Made by a program: the position numbers and the translations under genes
Origin: Octopus sinensis
Lineage: Eukaryota
DNA: 10,063 nt
Reading direction: 5' to 3'
Assembly (NCBI RefSeq): GCF_006345805.1
Contig: NW_021827471.1
Coordinates: 1 to 10,063, forward strand
Notes under the pieces: generated by a model
What the model saw: only the letters and a program-made list of their open reading frames with translations
What the model was told of the DNA's origin: nothing
Databases searched by the model: none
Shown here: in pieces, positions 8,560 through 10,063 of the stretch
How positions within the stretch are numbered: the stretch's first letter is position 1
Layout: each line of letters opens with the position of its first letter

Positions 8560-8722
8560 ACATATAAATATATACACACATTCACATATATATATATATT
8601 ACACATTTATGTGTGTGTGTTGTGTATATATATATATATATATATGTATATATGTGTGTGTATATATGTATATATATATATGTATATATGTGTGTATATA
8701 TGTATATATATATATGTATATA

Positions 8723-8765
<43 letters not shown>

Positions 8766-8794
8766 AATATATATATATATATGTGTGTGTGTGT

Positions 8795-8859
<65 letters not shown>

Positions 8860-8890
8860 GTATGAGGTATATATATATAATATGTATATA

Positions 8891-8923
<33 letters not shown>

Positions 8924-8935
8924 TATATATATAGA
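8560..8935. repeat. (TA)n/(TG)n compound microsatellite
   Basis: Directly visible; opposite polarity to the 7790-8236 block. Confidence 0.96.
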
Positions 8936-9039
8936 TATCTACATGTTTGGAACAGTATGCTATTTTCAATACAATATCATTGCAAAGAAACTCAACTTGT
9001 GCTACCAATGGGAATCTAAGGATATTATTGTCATGGTTG

Positions 9040-9081
9040 TTATTATTATTATTGTTGTTGTGTTGTTGTTGTTGTTGTTGT
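9040..9081. repeat. (TTA)n/(TTG)n microsatellite
   Basis: Directly visible. Confidence 0.92.
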
Positions 9082-9186
9082 AAACAGTGAAGCTAAGCCA
9101 TGCCTGGAAGAATGCAACCACTTCCCCACCCACCCCTTATCTCCAAATCCAGTAAAAGTAGAATTAACAAACACAAAAACAAACAT

Positions 9187-9258
9187 GTATATATGTGTGC
9201 ATGTATTAATATACATACATACACACACACACACACACTTACACACACACACACACAC

Positions 9259-9296
<38 letters not shown>

Positions 9297-9300
9297 TATA
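9187..9300. repeat. (TA)/(CA)n microsatellite
   Basis: Directly visible. Confidence 0.95.
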
Positions 9301-9344
9301 AATATGTTTTTGTTGATGTATTTCTTGCTTTTTGAGTTTTGATA

Positions 9345-9517
9345 TTTATTGTTATCTTTATTATCTTTATAATTATTATTATTGTTGTTGTTGTTATTAT
9401 TATCATCATTATTATTATTATTGTTGTTGTTGTTATTATCATCATCATTATTATTATTATTATTGTTGTTGTTGTTATTATTCATCATCATCATTATTAT
9501 TATTATTGTTGTTGTTA
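9345..9517. repeat. Compound trinucleotide repeat (ATT)n(GTT)n(ATC)n with higher-order cycling
   Basis: The ATT-GTT-ATT-ATC block order recurs three times plus a partial. Confidence 0.93.
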
Positions 9518-9853
9518 CCTCACTAGCCCACCTCCCAGTCTTCATATTTGTCAATGTATTTATTTAGCGTAATTAGAAAATCTTCCAAGCCACAATCAGC
9601 CGCGACTCGCTTTTATGTTGCCGGAGCAAGAAAACGAGAAAAGCTTTAAACTTCATCAACATAAAAACTAATATGTGACTTATGCATAAGCAGACACGGA
9701 GCCAGTTGGGTGTGACATCGTTTACTGAACCAGAATATAAGTCTGTGTGTGTGTGAGTGAATGTGTAATTGTGTAATCATGTACGTATGTACTTTTATCC
9801 ATATGGGTTTTGCATGTGTGTGTGTTGTGTGTGTGTGTATAATGAATGTATGC

Positions 9854-9911
9854 GGCGGTGCATCAGCATGGCTGCAGCGCTGAGCTAGACTATAGGAAAC
9901 AAAAAAAAAAT
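9854..9911 (+). mobile_element. 3' fragment of the same SINE family as 6336-6728
   Basis: GGCGGTGCATCAGCATGGCTGCAG (9854-9877) matches the reverse complement of 6372-6395 at 20 of 24 positions. It is followed by GAAAC and an A-run. Confidence 0.6.
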
Positions 9912-10063
9912 GTGTGTGTGTGTGAGATGGCATTCATCGACTTGCTGTGTGTGTGTGTGTGTGATTGGGTCTGTTACTAGAAGATATTGTAAAGTATACA
10001 TGCTAGGTTCACTGAGCAAGTCGGAAAAGTCGGAAGAAGGAACTACAGATTCTTCATAAGCAG

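Noticed and set aside
8430-8560. Open non-repetitive stretch ([13 protein letters not shown]...) as a possible exon
   Set aside because: No polypyrimidine acceptor or good donor, and no recognised homology.
9082-9180. Possible retroposon tail next to (TTG)n
   Set aside because: The adjacent sequence has no motif I can recognise; it would need a repeat-library search.
7596-9572. Many overlapping ORFs on both strands, including poly-N/poly-I/poly-L ones
   Set aside because: All derive from di- and trinucleotide repeats.

Overview
Eukaryotic, AT-rich, non-coding (intronic or intergenic) DNA with no supportable intact gene. Roughly a quarter or more of the window is simple repeat, and nearly all ORFs in the supplied track are translations of those repeats. 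The repeat families resemble those I recall from Octopus-type cephalopod genomes; this is recall and inference, not a database result. The rest is a layered transposon graveyard. It includes a Penelope-like element (PLE) terminal repeat carrying a degenerate minimal hammerhead ribozyme (152-186, minus) and a frameshifted PLE ORF relic with linker and GIY-YIG endonuclease motifs (about 1785-2400, probably extending to about 2850, minus). It also holds a TTAA-flanked piggyBac-like MITE inserted into an old tRNA-SINE, a tRNA/CORE-type SINE nested in another tRNA-SINE with an AAAT duplication, and a 21-bp minisatellite that expanded in frame just before a decayed RTE-type C2H2 finger. I see no convincing new biological system. 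The best leads are the hammerhead relic and the reconstructable nested-insertion history.
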